A program made the translations under genes and the position numbers. 64,000 bases of DNA from Ylistrum balloti (taxonomy: Eukaryota), in assembly GCF_031769215.1 (NCBI RefSeq), contig NW_026782523.1, positions 372,001 to 436,000 of the forward strand. The letters run 5' to 3'. Below the pieces are notes generated by a model. The model was not told the DNA's origin. It did no database searches and was given only the letters and a program-made list of their open reading frames with translations. Shown one piece after another: positions 14,370 through 28,400 of this stretch (its first letter is position 1; each line of letters starts with the position of its first letter).

Positions 14370-14666
14370 TGATGGTATATGATTGAAAGGGTTGCCTGTC
14401 GTTTCTCCTAAATTCCATCAGGCTTTGGTCTAAAAATCCTGGAAATATGATATATCCAAGATGGCAATATGGTGGACAGAAATTATATAAATGCAGGTAA
14501 CACGCTACATAGACTGGACAGGACGAATCCATCAACTGGCAAGCGTACAGTCGTGATCACCTACAATCTGTCTGTGTATTTATCTATTGGAAGAGACGTA
14601 CATGATGAAAACGTCGTGACGGAATTGTCTGCAACACGAAAAAGACTGGATATCATCAACCTGTAG
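14370..14666 (+). mobile_element. Possible degraded CR1/L2-type LINE 3' coding end
   Basis: IERVACRFS*IPSGFGLK...NVVTELSATRKRLDIINL* loosely resembles the CR1/L2 C-terminus (IE-VQRRF-K+I-G...VV-A-S---FK-RLD). Confidence 0.2.
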
Positions 14667-14789
14667 AGAGGTGAGGTACAGACTTTAAATACCGCAGTGG
14701 GGAGGAAGGAGGGAGGGGGTGGGGAAGGTGGATTTGAGCCTAGTGGGACCTACGGATCATAGAATGACCAGAAACACACCTAAAATCAA

Positions 14790-14906
14790 AATGCCAAACT
14801 GCCGGGCGCATGGAAATCAACTTCAACCATGAAAATCAAACTGCCGGGCGCATGGAAATCAACTTCAACCATGAAAATCAAATCGCCGGGCGCATGGAAG
14901 TCAACT
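14790..14906. repeat. Short tandem repeat, 42-bp unit, ~2.7 copies
   Basis: GCCGGGCGCATGGAA occurs at 14801, 14843 and 14885. Confidence 0.9.
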
Positions 14907-17900
14907 ATATATATAAAAGTCACACCGCTACGCACTATGTTTTCTCGGTGATATGTTTGTAAACATAACCAACCTGTGTATTTAGCTGATTTCTATAATA
15001 TAATTAATACCGTGTATCTTACAAAGTGTATATAATATTTCCCGGATGCGTTACACTTTTTGTATGTTGTGATAATATCCATGTATATCATACGAAAAAA
15101 CCTCGCAAGGAATACCTATAGTATTCCGTATCGGAAATCTATTAGTAATTACCGAAACGGGGCATGGTATAGTGTATAATTATCTTATGGCCAAAACTTG
15201 TAATGAAACGTTGATTAGTTCCAAGGTATACATGGAATGAACATGTACCAGTGCGTTTGAATTGCCAAAACATTTAAACCATGACCAACAGGAATCGTTA
15301 CCTTATATACTATATCTTCGTTCTATTTAGCATGAACCGTCAATTCATCATATATTCATCACCAACGGTACAGTGTAGTATATTCTTGTACCTGAATAAA
15401 AGTGTAGTCTTATATCACAGAGAGAGGTCGCAACATATCATTTTATTTATTAATTACATAAACATGGACTTAAGGTCACACCATTACAAAGTTTGTTTAT
15501 TCAAGGGAGATAACTCTCATTGCAACACCTCATTGCCTCCCGTTGGCGCAGTTACACTAATTCTTGATTTCCGTTTCATTTTTTATGAATTTAAAATGTT
15601 ATTAAACATTATAAACATTTAATAGTTATGTAGCATTAATAGGTTATACGTTTTGTTCCTCGACTTGAGAATAATGTAAGATGACAAATATTTAAAGGGA
15701 AGTAATTCTGTTCTTTGCTCGTCTTAGTTCACACTACTTACAATCAAATAACTTCATTCAAGCAATGCAATGGTCTGAAGCTAAAATATGAATTATGCCA
15801 ATTAGCAAAGTACAATGTGATGGGGTTTACATGGGTTTGTTTATGTTTTGATGTATACGGGGTTGTGTTCACGTTGCAACATCTTGTGTAGCATTTGCAT
15901 TGTCTGTGCATCGTCGGAGCGATGAGGGCAGACATGTTATACTGTATCGACCGAGTCCCATCTGACAACACTTCTCTACAAGCTGACTGTCTGAACCGAA
16001 TGGACAGAGGCGGAAATCGATAATAACACGCCAAACACACGCCAGGCCTGACTGTCTCCTTCACAGTTACCTCCCCTTCATTTGGTCAGATCATATATCT
16101 TAAACATGTCACTACAATTTGAGCGGTGTGTTTTAATCTTGATTTTAATTTTTTTTAAATGTGTCGGTCAACTTGTCCGGATTTAAGTCAAAACTAAAAC
16201 CAGCAAATATCCGGAATGGGCATTAATATATATGATATGTAAATACGTTTCAGTAACCAGGAAACAGATAAGTATAATAGTTGTGTTTACAAGGTAAAAT
16301 ATAATACTATGTAATATACTTTAACAATAAACAAACCTTTGAAAAGTGCATTTGTATTAAGTAATGAGTTAAAGACATATTTAAGTGAAGTTCATTGACC
16401 TGATCCGAAATATACTTGTACCACCGGATGCGAATGTACTTATATTATATAAAACACAGCAGTTGTATTGATACACCTGGTAGCCAAAACTGCCTGCAGA
16501 ACTATCTCATATTGCAAGTAGATAGTTATGTTTCATTCTGTTGGCATATTTAGGTTGCGTGTTCCTGAAAAAATACACGAAAAACCTATCGCTTATATTT
16601 GAAAACAACCAAAATTGTCCGAATGAAAGTGATTTAAGTAGGAGTTATGTCCCCCTGGGCAGTGTGTAATAATCAATATCAACTAGAAAGCAAAGAAATA
16701 ATTGCCGTGCATTCGATTAAGATGTACTTGTACATCTGTATAGGAAGTCAGTGTGAAGACTACTGCAGAGCAATTTGTGTGTTCGTAGCACATAAGTACT
16801 TGCTGGCAATGTACAATTTACAGCAGTTATGTAACCGAAAGCCATGAGGTTACACGCGATTTTAACAAATTGCTTTAATATTATTTATTCATTTATTCAT
16901 TTTTAAAATCCTTCCCTACAAATGCACGCTACTGATGTCAAATAATTTTAACCTCATATGGTTAAAATACATTGTATTGTAGCAGATTTACATAGTACTA
17001 TACTACATGTCTTTAACTGTTTGCACTTTTAACCGTCTATTATCACATATTTCCGTAACATTGAGAGGAAGCGGTTTCAAAGCTGTATAACATGTGTCTT
17101 TTATCCTTTTAGGTTATGATAAAACATGTTTAAAGTCAGTTTTTAAAAGACTGAATGTGATCTATGTATCTATTAAGTCTGATACCTGTTATCAATGTGA
17201 TTCATTGTAACGTATATAGCGCCTAAACCAGACATATATTAATCAACAACAACTTCATGGCGTCATGATGTGCATTGCGACATATTCAAAGAAAGATATA
17301 GCGTCAGTTTTTTTTCATAAACAACACTTTCAAAGATATTGACAGTATCAGTTATATGAGGAAACAATATGACATTTCTAGGTAACTAGTCACGAATTCT
17401 TGCTTTTGGCTCAGTTCATAATTCTTCCATAGAGGAAACACATCTACCATACATCATACCCCAAAATATCTAGAGAAATATATAAGTGTCCAGATTTGAT
17501 ATCTTATCTTCCCGACAAAAATCCTGTTCCGCGTTGAGATCGACCGTCAAATTGAGTTGATCGAGGCCGAAAATACACCATAGAATCCGAAAGATCGAGG
17601 TCAAAACTGCATATGCGCTCGATATATTCGTACAAGTCATGTAAGAATTTTGTTTTTCAACTGATTTAGTGGTTTGTCCAGTTGTTGCATTTCAATATGT
17701 CGGCCCTGTAAATGGCCGCTTGCGTGCTCTGTCTGCTCGTCACGTGTTCTTATTCTTTCGAGACGTGCGCGCGCTAATCAGTAACAACACGCGCGACGTG
17801 CTGATAAATACCTCCCTCCACTTATTTCCTAACGAAACAATAAACAAGAGATGTAAACACATGATAAACCAGTATTACAACTCACAAACACTGTTTTACT

Positions 17901-19559
17901 CCAGAGGGCGTGCCATGTTTCACAAAACCACGACACTTGCCGTTTAATATATGAGCGCCATCTCTCGGGCATAATAACACGGAACAGTATTATACAACGT
18001 CATTACCGAGTTCATCTGATAACAATTTATGTAGTGTTGATTGACAAGGGGGGTACACCTCTTTACTATTGCACAGGGACTTGGTATACAACCAGTTTCA
18101 TCACCATTAATTTTTGTAAGCATTGTTTTTAGACTACAACTCGTTGATTAAAATTAAAGACTACGGAGATTTATTTTTGTCATAATATTAATTACAAAAT
18201 GTAAATCAATTTATTTTGTCGACAAACTCCACAAGTTCAATTAGACTCAGCACGTACAATTGATTTGTTTAAAGTTCTGATCATTAATTTCCGGGTTCAT
18301 ATTTCAAACTAAATTGGTCCCCTGTCCATCCTTATCGGAACAGCACGTCTAGCTGTTCCGGAAAGTGGACAAAAAGTGGGGCCAGAATCACAAGGATAAC
18401 ATAATAACATCAATATCGGCTTAAGAACACTCCATAAATTACAGCAAAAATATTTTCAAACATGGTGAATAATTATGTTTAGAAATAAAACAAAAATCGT
18501 TTCCTGATTATACAGATTCTCATGGATGGTATAGTATATGTACATTATCTTAATTAAAAATGGTAACTATAAAGTATTGGACTGCTTCAAGTTGGCTTTC
18601 ATTGGCTATGAATGCCAACTGAATGCATTTGAATGCTTAAATAAACGGTATAAATAACGCGATAAAAGTAATAAATCTGCTGTTGTCGAGATCGTCATCT
18701 CGTCATCAGTGTGACAGCAACATTTGCGACAATAAATGCAAGTGTTAAAATCGCTCAAGTGACAGCAATTCTCAGATAAATTGGTCTGAATATTGATAAC
18801 GTTTGATATTTATGAATGATAAGATCATCACTGATCTATATCATTTCAATTCAAATTGGAGTTGGGGGAGGGGGATGCTGGACTACTTTCTGATGTGCTA
18901 TGAACAACTCCATGCTGAAAGTGTAACATTGGATATACAAATGCACGAATGCCAAAGGCGAACTTCCTTGTAAGCTGGTATTATTATCCCTTATTTTGAA
19001 GCGGGGTATCAGTGAAGTTGATGTCTATCTCACTGAACAAAATACGAGAGGTTTGTCGCATGCTATCCAGAACAATAAGGGTAAAATGGCTTACTCAAAG
19101 AAAAAGCTATGTCAGCACACACTGGTACGTTCTTTCAGTTTCCTGAGAAACACACGCTGTCCCGGATAATCAAAAGTAAATGTATATATGGCTACATGAT
19201 GGATATATTATGTGTGTTTCTGTTTGTCGCTCGATTTTACTTTCATCGAATTGAATTTTTCAATTTTGTTTGCAAGTGGCTCATAAAATGGTAGAAAACT
19301 TATAACAGATCCTGTTCTGTAACAATACTAGAAAAAAAACTTAAATTACACGGCGGTACAAGTTTAATAGGAACCCATGAAAGAAGAACCAACAACGTTT
19401 TATACATACATTGTACAGGACAGCTCATGTATTTCCAAGTTAGACAATGTCACTGGTTTTGTAGGGCAGTTGATAAGTGGATCTGTTTTCCTATCATGTT
19501 AAAAAGACAAGTAACAAACCTAAATAATATTATTGTGACTAGTTGTCACATATTGTTCT

Positions 19560-20420
19560 AATTATAGATCACTCTCAGCGATATAGTGTGACTGAAGCGA
19601 CCGACGGGACGTGCAGATGACTTCACCTATATGTCGAAATCGATTCTGAGTGAATTCTTTAGAACGAAGATGGTCATTAACGATCCGTGGATTATGAAAG
19701 GTTCTTGTATATACCAATTGACTGTAGAAAGGTCAGTAAATACCAGATAATTTAAGCAGTGCACCTACATCGCTATCAAGGTAATTGAAAATCCGATATG
19801 CTTTTAGCTTAGCATGTGACAACCTAGTCGACGGCTAATCTCGTCAGCACCTCTCAATTATGTTTCTGCATTTATCAGGATATTACATATGGCTGTCGTT
19901 TGTGGACAGTGTTTTCTTTCTTCCCTTGGGACCCCACTATTCACACGTGCTTTAAGTGAGCTCGTCCACATCAGTTTCACGCCATCGGACAGATCCGTAT
20001 CATAGCAATGCCAATGTAGATAAAATTCAATTACAGTACTGTTTCACGATCACCTGGCGTGCTCGCCTTTAAGCGTTTGAGGTGGTTAGGAGTAATATGA
20101 ATAAAAAGGTCAAATGTCCGCAGCCGTAAGTAGGCCGAACTAAATAATATATCTCCTACGCGATGTAGCCTATTCTTACAAGGAAATCGGTTTTTTCCTG
20201 CCGATGTGATATAATGCGACAGAGTACGAACAATCGGGATGCCTTTCGATCGCGGGGGATGAGGGAACCATCAGTCCGATCGCCCAGGTCATTGACATAG
20301 ACTCCAGAATTAGAAGTCTTCTTTGTCGTTTGTTAAGTGGGCATTGATGTAAAAGGCAAGAGTTGGTCGGGGGAATAGGCGACATAGTAGACCTGTTGTA
20401 TTACACCATCAACTCTTGAA
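19560..20420 (-). mobile_element. Possible degraded Gypsy/Ty3 pol (RT/RNase H) remnant
   Basis: Minus-strand NYLVFTDLSTVNWY...LRIDFDI*VKSSARP resembles the Gypsy RNase H-like segment (F-V-TDH--L-W...+DF-I-YRPG). Many stops. Confidence 0.25.
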
Positions 20421-20935
20421 GGAATTCTTTTTTATATATATTTTATCATTATTATTTAACGGGTTTTACATCTACTTTTACGCCCTTTCAGCGAACGAGG
20501 TTTGCCGAAGCGACAGATGTGGAGCCCGAAATCGGGGGTGTTCTTTGCCGTTTGTGTAGATGACATTGAAGTCAGAGACCAGATTTGGTCTACTGCACCA
20601 ATACGTGACTTGGTATCTTTATTTCTTTGTCGGATATTTTTCAACTTTTGCTGTTTCCACGGGAATTTGTCGAATTCATACCATAAAGAGTGTTACTGGT
20701 AAGTCGGATTTTTCACTGTTTCCGCAAATGCAATAAAAATCGTAAAAAATAAGATAACTTGAAAATAAATTTGATAAAAAGAATATAGTAATCGTGATAC
20801 CTTCCTTGAAATAAACACAGTTCTTATTATAATTTTCTTGAGGTAAATATATCATTTTGTTAACTTCTGGATAAAAATGCCAAAGGTCTTGTCAAACTTC
20901 GTTAAAAGAATGAGAGAGCGAGCGAGAGAGAGACT

Positions 20936-21216
20936 NNNNNNNNNNNNNNNNNNNNNNNNNNNNNNNNNNNNNNNNNNNNNNNNNNNNNNNNNNNNNNNNN
21001 NNNNNNNNNNNNNNNNNNNNNNNNNNNNNNNNNNNNNNNNNNNNNNNNNNNNNNNNNNNNNNNNNNNNNNNNNNNNNNNNNNNNNNNNNNNNNNNNNNNN
21101 NNNNNNNNNNNNNNNNNNNNNNNNNNNNNNNNNNNNNNNNNNNNNNNNNNNNNNNNNNNNNNNNNNNNNNNNNNNNNNNNNNNNNNNNNNNNNNNNNNNN
21201 NNNNNNNNNNNNNNNN
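20936..21216. other. Assembly gap (281 N)
   Basis: Run of N preceded by a (GA)n-like tract. Both flanks carry degenerate repeats containing GTCCTTGTCA/AACTTC, so the gap probably hides a repeat. Confidence 0.99.
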
Positions 21217-21639
21217 AATCCTTGTCATGTAAGTAAAATTATATAGTCCTTGTCAAAACATCCGTGAGGAAATAGAGTCCTTTCCCTACCTTCCGTGAAA
21301 GAAAACCCATAGCCCTTTTCACAACATCCCTGAAATAACACAGTCCTTGCCATAACTTCTGTTCTGTAGCTATACTCCTGTCATGACTACCGTGAAATAG
21401 AATAAATTCAGTGATTCAGATTCAGTGATAGGTGGACAATATTTTATTTTATGTTGTGTAGTGTTTCTCCTATTAGATCTAACAAGTCATACTTGTACTA
21501 TAAGTGTATAACTGGGGAAATGTACATGTAATCGACAAAAACATTTTTTGGTTTGATCATCTGTGAACAAGTATTCGAAATTGTTCAATAATCAAGTTAA
21601 GTTTTTCTTATCTCCTTCATTCAAAGTAAGTTTTGATAT

Positions 21640-21990
21640 GAAGTTTCATAAATCAACAAATTCACAACTTGGGTCATACTAAAAGTACAATGTAGTGGAT
21701 AACTTGGTATTGAAAGATATTCACCTATTTGTACAACAACTGTAATAGCCGGTCCGACCATGCAAAGGAAGGTGACCTTGGGCGAAGTGTAAATTGGCCA
21801 TAAATAGGATTGGTGTCGTAAAGTCACTAGGTCTGTACGACATTCTACACAGATATTGATGATGTGATTAACACACCACCAAGCCATCCAATAGTTCTGC
21901 TTCGTCAGTTGTGAAGTATCCTGCTTACAGGAAATACCGGATTGGACTGCAACCGGAAGTTCAGTAGGGCTGTTCGGAAATGTCCTGGAC
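21640..21990 (-). mobile_element. Degraded BEL/Pao (LTR) integrase remnant
   Basis: AVQSGISCKQDTSQLTKQNYWMAWWCVNHIINICVECRT resembles the integrase HHCC region (H-G---T---+RQ-YW+----V--+I--C--CR) and is followed by a VGP segment. Confidence 0.4.
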
Positions 21991-23699
21991 TATTCTACAC
22001 AAGCTCTCAACAAGATGAAATTGACCAATTTCATAGATTAAGTCTGGAACTCTCTACAGGATTTCAGGACAGAAATTGGCCAATTATGGGCACACTAAAT
22101 TGGCGATTTTTCATTCTTAATGAGAATAAGCAGTGCAGCATCGGAAGATAAAATCATAACAAACGAACAATTGGCCTACTTTCTGTAAAGTGATGGGGTT
22201 GACACAGAGGTGTAGTCAGTCTTAAGTAAGATGGACTCTAGAAAAGTTCGTTTGTTAAATGATTTCGTCGGGATACAGTTCTCCGAAACACCGTCTACAG
22301 ATGAAGAGGTCATTCGTGCCCAGAGCTACTGAAGTGCCGGAACATAAAACTAGATGTGATCCCTACCACGTCCCATCATCAATAGTATGTCAGGATTTGA
22401 ACATTTCCAGATAGAAATAAACAATGGTGAACTCTCCACGACCACCTACCATGACAATGATGTTGGATTTCTGTGAACGATAAATCATTGCGTCCAAATT
22501 CCGAAACATGAAAGATTTGAATAAAAAATGATCCTAGATAAAAAAAAACAAGAAAAAACAATCACATGATAAAGGATTTTGAAAAAAACAACATCAAATA
22601 TCAAGGAAATAAATATCACGTGACCAAGAATCCGGATACAAAAAGTTAATGGAAGTATGTTTAGAATAGTTTTACATGGGAAGTTAAACCCCATATCCCG
22701 CTCACTATACATTTGTAAGTGATCCGGACAAATCCAATTAAAAGCAAAAAGAAGCTGGAAAGTTGGAGGAAAGTGATGTTTAGAATATGTATTTGAGGAA
22801 TAGTCTCATTGAGAAACTGGTGAATACATGAAACCAAGCAGCAAAGAAAACCAATCCTTTACGTGTTTACTTGCATACCAGACTAGTATAGTCCATAAAG
22901 CTGCTCATAAAACTGCACGTGGATTTACCAATCATTGGGAATGCAAGCAGTCAACATTTTACTTTTTCTATTGTAATTTAGTAAACTTGACAGCAGAAAT
23001 GATGATATATGGAACAATCTCGTCCTAGTTTATTGTCTTTCGGCGACATTAAAGAGCTCTTATTCAAAATGTCAGCTGGTATCATCAGATGACATAAGGC
23101 AGTATACCACCTCGAATATTCTGTCCTCTGAGACTGTTTTAATCGCTTACAAAGTTAATTATTTTACTCATAAATCATACCAATTATCGGAATAATCGAA
23201 GGCAGAAGATGCATAAGACACAATGCTACCGTTTTTAAATGTACAATTGATCCCATATATTGTTGGTTAGAGCGATACGAGAGCGCCTTACAGGGAAATG
23301 TAACCAGATTATCACGAGTAGTTGACGGGATGGGATCAGTGTTTTCATCTTTATATACTCATTCACCGTTTCTAATACGAAATTATGACTGTGATTTGTC
23401 ATCTGACATACGTGTCATCCCTAGATTTAAACGATTTATTGACTCTAATGTTGTTTTCTTTGAAGCAACATCGTGACAAAATGTACAGAAATAAAAAAAT
23501 AATCCAACTAATAACACTGCCATGATTGATTAAATAATTCTAACCAAGTTGGTAGAGGATCATGGGAATTCTATCTACTAAAGTAAATAAAGTACACATC
23601 GTGTTTGATACTGGTGGAGTTGACTAACCTCTAGATCAAGTTATTTTAGAAATGGGAAGTCGGTAAAGGTAACATACATTTATATCAAAGATGTGTGCT

Positions 23700-23905
23700 G
23701 AACGGACAAGTCAACGGCAAAGGTTGCTTATCGAAGGTGTCCATTGGACGGTCCAATCAACGGCAAAGGTTGCTTATCGAAGGTGTACACATAATGGACC
23801 AATCAGCGACAAGGTTGCATATCAAAGGTGTTCACAAAATTGACCAATCAATGGCAAGGTCACATATCAAAGGTGTCCACAGAATGGACCAATCAGCGAC
23901 AAAGA
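23700..23905. repeat. Degenerate tandem repeat, ~45-bp unit, ~4.5 copies, mostly with CCAATCA
   Basis: An AAGGT anchor recurs at ~23721, 23767, 23812 and 23857. It explains the repetitive ORF 23695..23916. Confidence 0.85.
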
Positions 23906-25476
23906 ACTCACGTTGACTGTTCAATGAATCGACACTGAAGAGAAGACTTCACATGTCGACGCTGTCTGCCTTCGGCACCATATTAGTGTAATTCTAACAG
24001 AACCAACAGAAGAGAAACAGTACTTATAAACATGAATCGGCAATCATTACTTGTAATCAGGTACGTGTATCACTGCTGGGTACATCAAGTCAATGTGTTG
24101 GGTGTGAAGCGAATAGATGTACGCAGGTTACCTTATATAGTTACGACCGTTAAAGGTTTACTGTACTTTTCTATGTCTATATAACCAAGAACAACGTTAA
24201 AGTTTTATCTAAACATGGATTTTCTTTCAACATAAAAAATGTGTTATGCGTGCCCGACATGATGAACGCCTATTTAGCTGTACTTAGTGAGATAGGCGAC
24301 GAAGGCACTGAATTACTGATTCAATGCATCACGCGAATGTACAACAATCGGGCAGGTGTTTATCTCGTTTAGTATAGGTCTGTCTAGGATCATCCATACC
24401 AACAATAGCTTTATTATAAAATTAAGACAGAGCAGTTCTAAATCATCCGATATACACCGTAAAATATAATTAAATATCATAAATAAAATTAGGTGAAGTG
24501 CAGGACAAAGTTCATTCTATTTTCCCCTACGTTGCAGTTTTAATAAGCATGTTTGTACTATAGGAGTTAAAAAGTTCACAAACGGGTTTATGTGTTTTTA
24601 TTATTTCTATGCTGCTTTGTGACGTGGAACTTTCAAAATGACATTCATAAACATTACTACATGACACCGATATATACCGTATCAGATCACAGAAAAAGAT
24701 ACAACGACTCTTCCAGCATATTTTTTTCTCACAACGTTTCTCCGGTTCATTGTGTTTGCAGTTCCGTTCATGTTCCTTAGTCACGTGACCACACTGTAGG
24801 TTGCATCCTGAGGGTAGATGGTAAAGGCGCACCCTGACCTAGTTTTACAAGCGTTTCTCTGACTTACATAGACTTCAAAATGATCAGGATTGACTTTTCG
24901 ACTGCGTTGCTTTGTTTTCATCAATAACTTTTCGTTTCGATTCTATCGATTACATATTGTAACACAAGTTGGAATTTTTGACAACACTTCTGGTATGGTG
25001 TGCGCGAATGCGGGAAAAGAGTGTCCATGTGCGGGACATATCAGTTATGAACATGTGACTGGTTCGGTGGTGCGAGACCAGAATTGCGTGCTGCTCTCTC
25101 GTACATTGACGTCACTAGTCTCGTGGGAACTTCAATGCCGATCCACGATAGTGGTCAGATTTTAGCGCCCAGACGACATAACAATATAGTCTAGAGGAAG
25201 TGTTTGTTTTGTCACATAATATAAATCCGAAAGATTTGCGAACCTAGTAGTTAGCTAAACTGGTTGTCGTGTTAAACGTCAACTAAACAATCGACTTTCA
25301 GACTGTATGATGTACAGCTAGGCAAAGACTGGGTAAATCAAGGACGCCTCTTTATTGGTTAGCGAATTGGTTAGTGGACGGACGGACCGACAGACGGATG
25401 GATGGATACAGTATATATATTGATACAATAGGGGAGCGAGGGGGACATGCGAGTTAATTTGTTAGGCTTGATATCT

Positions 25477-28400
25477 GGTACAGGTTAACAGATTGGCACA
25501 GGTATAACCTGACAGTAACTGACAAGGTTATCAGACCGGTACATGTTTATCCCAACAGTAACTGACAAGGTTATCAGACTGGTACAGTTATCCCAACAGT
25601 AACTGACAATGTTATCAGACCGGTACAGGTTTACTCCAACAGTAACTGACAATGTTATCAGACCGGTACAGGTTTATCTCAACAGTAACTGACAAGGTTA
25701 TCAGACCGGTACAGGTTTATCTCAACAGTAACAGACAATGTTATCAGACCAGTACAGGTTTATCTCAACAGTAACAGACAATGTTATCAGACCGGTACAG
25801 GTATAACCTGACAGTAACAGACAAGGTTATCAGACCGGTACAGGTTTATCTCAACAGTAACTGACAATGTTATCAAACCGGTACAGGTTTAACCTGACAG
25901 TAACAGACAATGTTATCAGACCGGTACAGGTTTATCCCAATAGCAACTGACAAGGTTATCAGACCGGTACAGGTTTATCCCAACAGTAACTGACAATGTT
26001 ATCAAACCGGTACAGGTTTAACCTGACAGTAACTGACAATGTTATCAGACCGGTACAGGTTTATCCCAATAGCAACTGACAAGGTTTTCAGACCGGTACA
26101 GGTTTATCCCAACAGTAACTGACAATGTTATCAGACCGGTACAAGTTTAACCTGACAGTAACAGACAATGTTATCAGAACGGTACAGGTTTACTCCAACA
26201 GTAACTGACAAGGTTATCAGACCGGTACAGGTTTAACCTGACAGTAACTGACAATGTTATCAGACCGGTACAGGTTTACTCCAACAGTAACTGACAAGGT
26301 TATCAGACCGGTACAGGTTTAACCTGACAGTAACTGACAATGTTATCAGACCGGTACAGGTTTAACCTGACAGTAACTGACAATGTTATCAGACCGGTAC
26401 AGGTTTACTCCAACAGTAACTGACAAGGTTATCAGACCGGTACAGGTATAACCTGACAGTAACTGACAATGTTATCAGACCGGTACAGGTATAACCTGAC
26501 AGTAACAGACAATGTTATCAGAACGGTACATGTTTATTCCAACAGTAACTGACAAGGTTATCAGACCGGTACAGGTTTAACCTGACAGTAACTGACAATG
26601 TTATCAGAACGGTACAGGTTTAACCTGACAGTAACTGACAATGTTATCAGACCGGTACAGGTTTAACCTGACAGTAACTGACAATGTTATCAGACCGGTA
26701 CAGGTTTACTCCAACAGTAACTGACAAGGTTATCAGACCGGTACAGGTTTAACCTGACAGTAACTGACAATGTTATCAGAACGGTACAGATTTAACCTGA
26801 CAGTAACTGACAATGTTATCAGACCGGTACAGGTATAACCTGACAGTAACAGACAATGTTATCAGAACGGTACAGGTTTACTCCAACAGTAACTGACAAG
26901 GTTATCAGACCGGTACAGGTTTACTCCAACAGTAACTGACAATGTTATCAGACCGGTACAGGTATAACCTGACAGTAACAGACAAGGTTATCAGACCGGT
27001 ACAGGTTTAACCTGACAGTAACAGACAAGGTTATCAGACCGGTACAGGTTTATCCCAACAGTAACTGACAATGTTATCAGACCGGTACAGGTTTATCCTG
27101 ACAGTAACAGACAATGTTATCAGACCGGTACAGGTATAACCTGACAGTAACTGACAAGGTTATCAGACCGGTACAGGTTTATCCCAACAGTAACTGACAA
27201 TGTTATCAGACCGGTACAGGTTTATCTCAACAGTAACTGACAATGTTATCAAACCGGTACAGGTATAACCTGACAGTAACAGACAAGGTTATCAGACCGG
27301 TACAGGTTTACTCCAACAGTAACTGACAAGGTTATCAGACCGGTACAGGTTTATCTCAACAGTAACAGACAATGTTATCAGACCGGTACAGGTTTAACCT
27401 GACAGTAACAGACAATGTTATCAGACCGGTACAGGTTTACTCCAACAGTAACTGACAAGGTTATCAGACCGGTACAGGTTTATCTCAACAGTAACTGACA
27501 AGGTTATCAGACCGGTACAGGTTTATCCTGACAGTAACTGACAATGTTATCAGACCAGTACAGGTTTACTCCAACAGTAACTGACAAGGTTATCAGACCG
27601 GTACAGGTTTATCCCAATAGCAACTGACAAGGTTATCAGACCGGTACAGGTTTATCCCAATAGCAACTGACAAGGTTATCAGACCGGTACAGGTTTATCC
27701 TGACAGTAACAGACAAGGTTATCAGACCGGTACAGGTTTACTCCAACAGTAACTGACAATGTTATCAAACCGGTACAGGTATAACCTGACAGTAACAGAC
27801 AAGGTTATCAGACCGGTACAGGTTTACTCCAACAGTAACTGACAAGGTTATCAGACCGGTACAGGTTTATCTCAACAGTAACAGACAATGTTATCAGACC
27901 GGTAAAGGTTTAACCTGACAGTAACAGACAATGTTATCAGACCGGTACAGGTTTACTCCAACAGTAACTGACAAGGTTATCAGACCGGTACAGGTTTATC
28001 CCAACAGTAACTGACAAGGTTATCAGACCGGTACAGGTTTATCCTGACAGTAACTGACAATGTTATCAGACCAGTACAGGTTTACTCCAACAGTAACTGA
28101 CAAGGTTATCAGACCGGTACAGGTTTATCCCAATAGCAACTGACAAGGTTATCAGACCGGTACAGGTTTATCCCAATAGCAACTGACAAGGTTATCAGAC
28201 CGGTACAGGTTTATCCTGACAGTAACAGACAAGGTTATCAGACCGGTACAGGTTTACTCCAACAGTAACTGACAATGTTATCAGACCGGTACAGGTTTAT
28301 CTCAACAGTAACTGACAATGTTATCAGACCGGTACAGGTTTACTCCAACAGTAACAGACAATGTTATCAGACCGGTACAGGTTTACTCCAACAGTAACTG

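Noticed and set aside
20580-20640. Putative LTR end and primer-binding site (minus strand AATAAAG...TTGGTGCAGTAG) upstream of the Gypsy relic
   Set aside because: There is no canonical CA end and no second LTR was found.
20877-21236. ORFs spanning 20877-21236
   Set aside because: They are open only because of the N gap.
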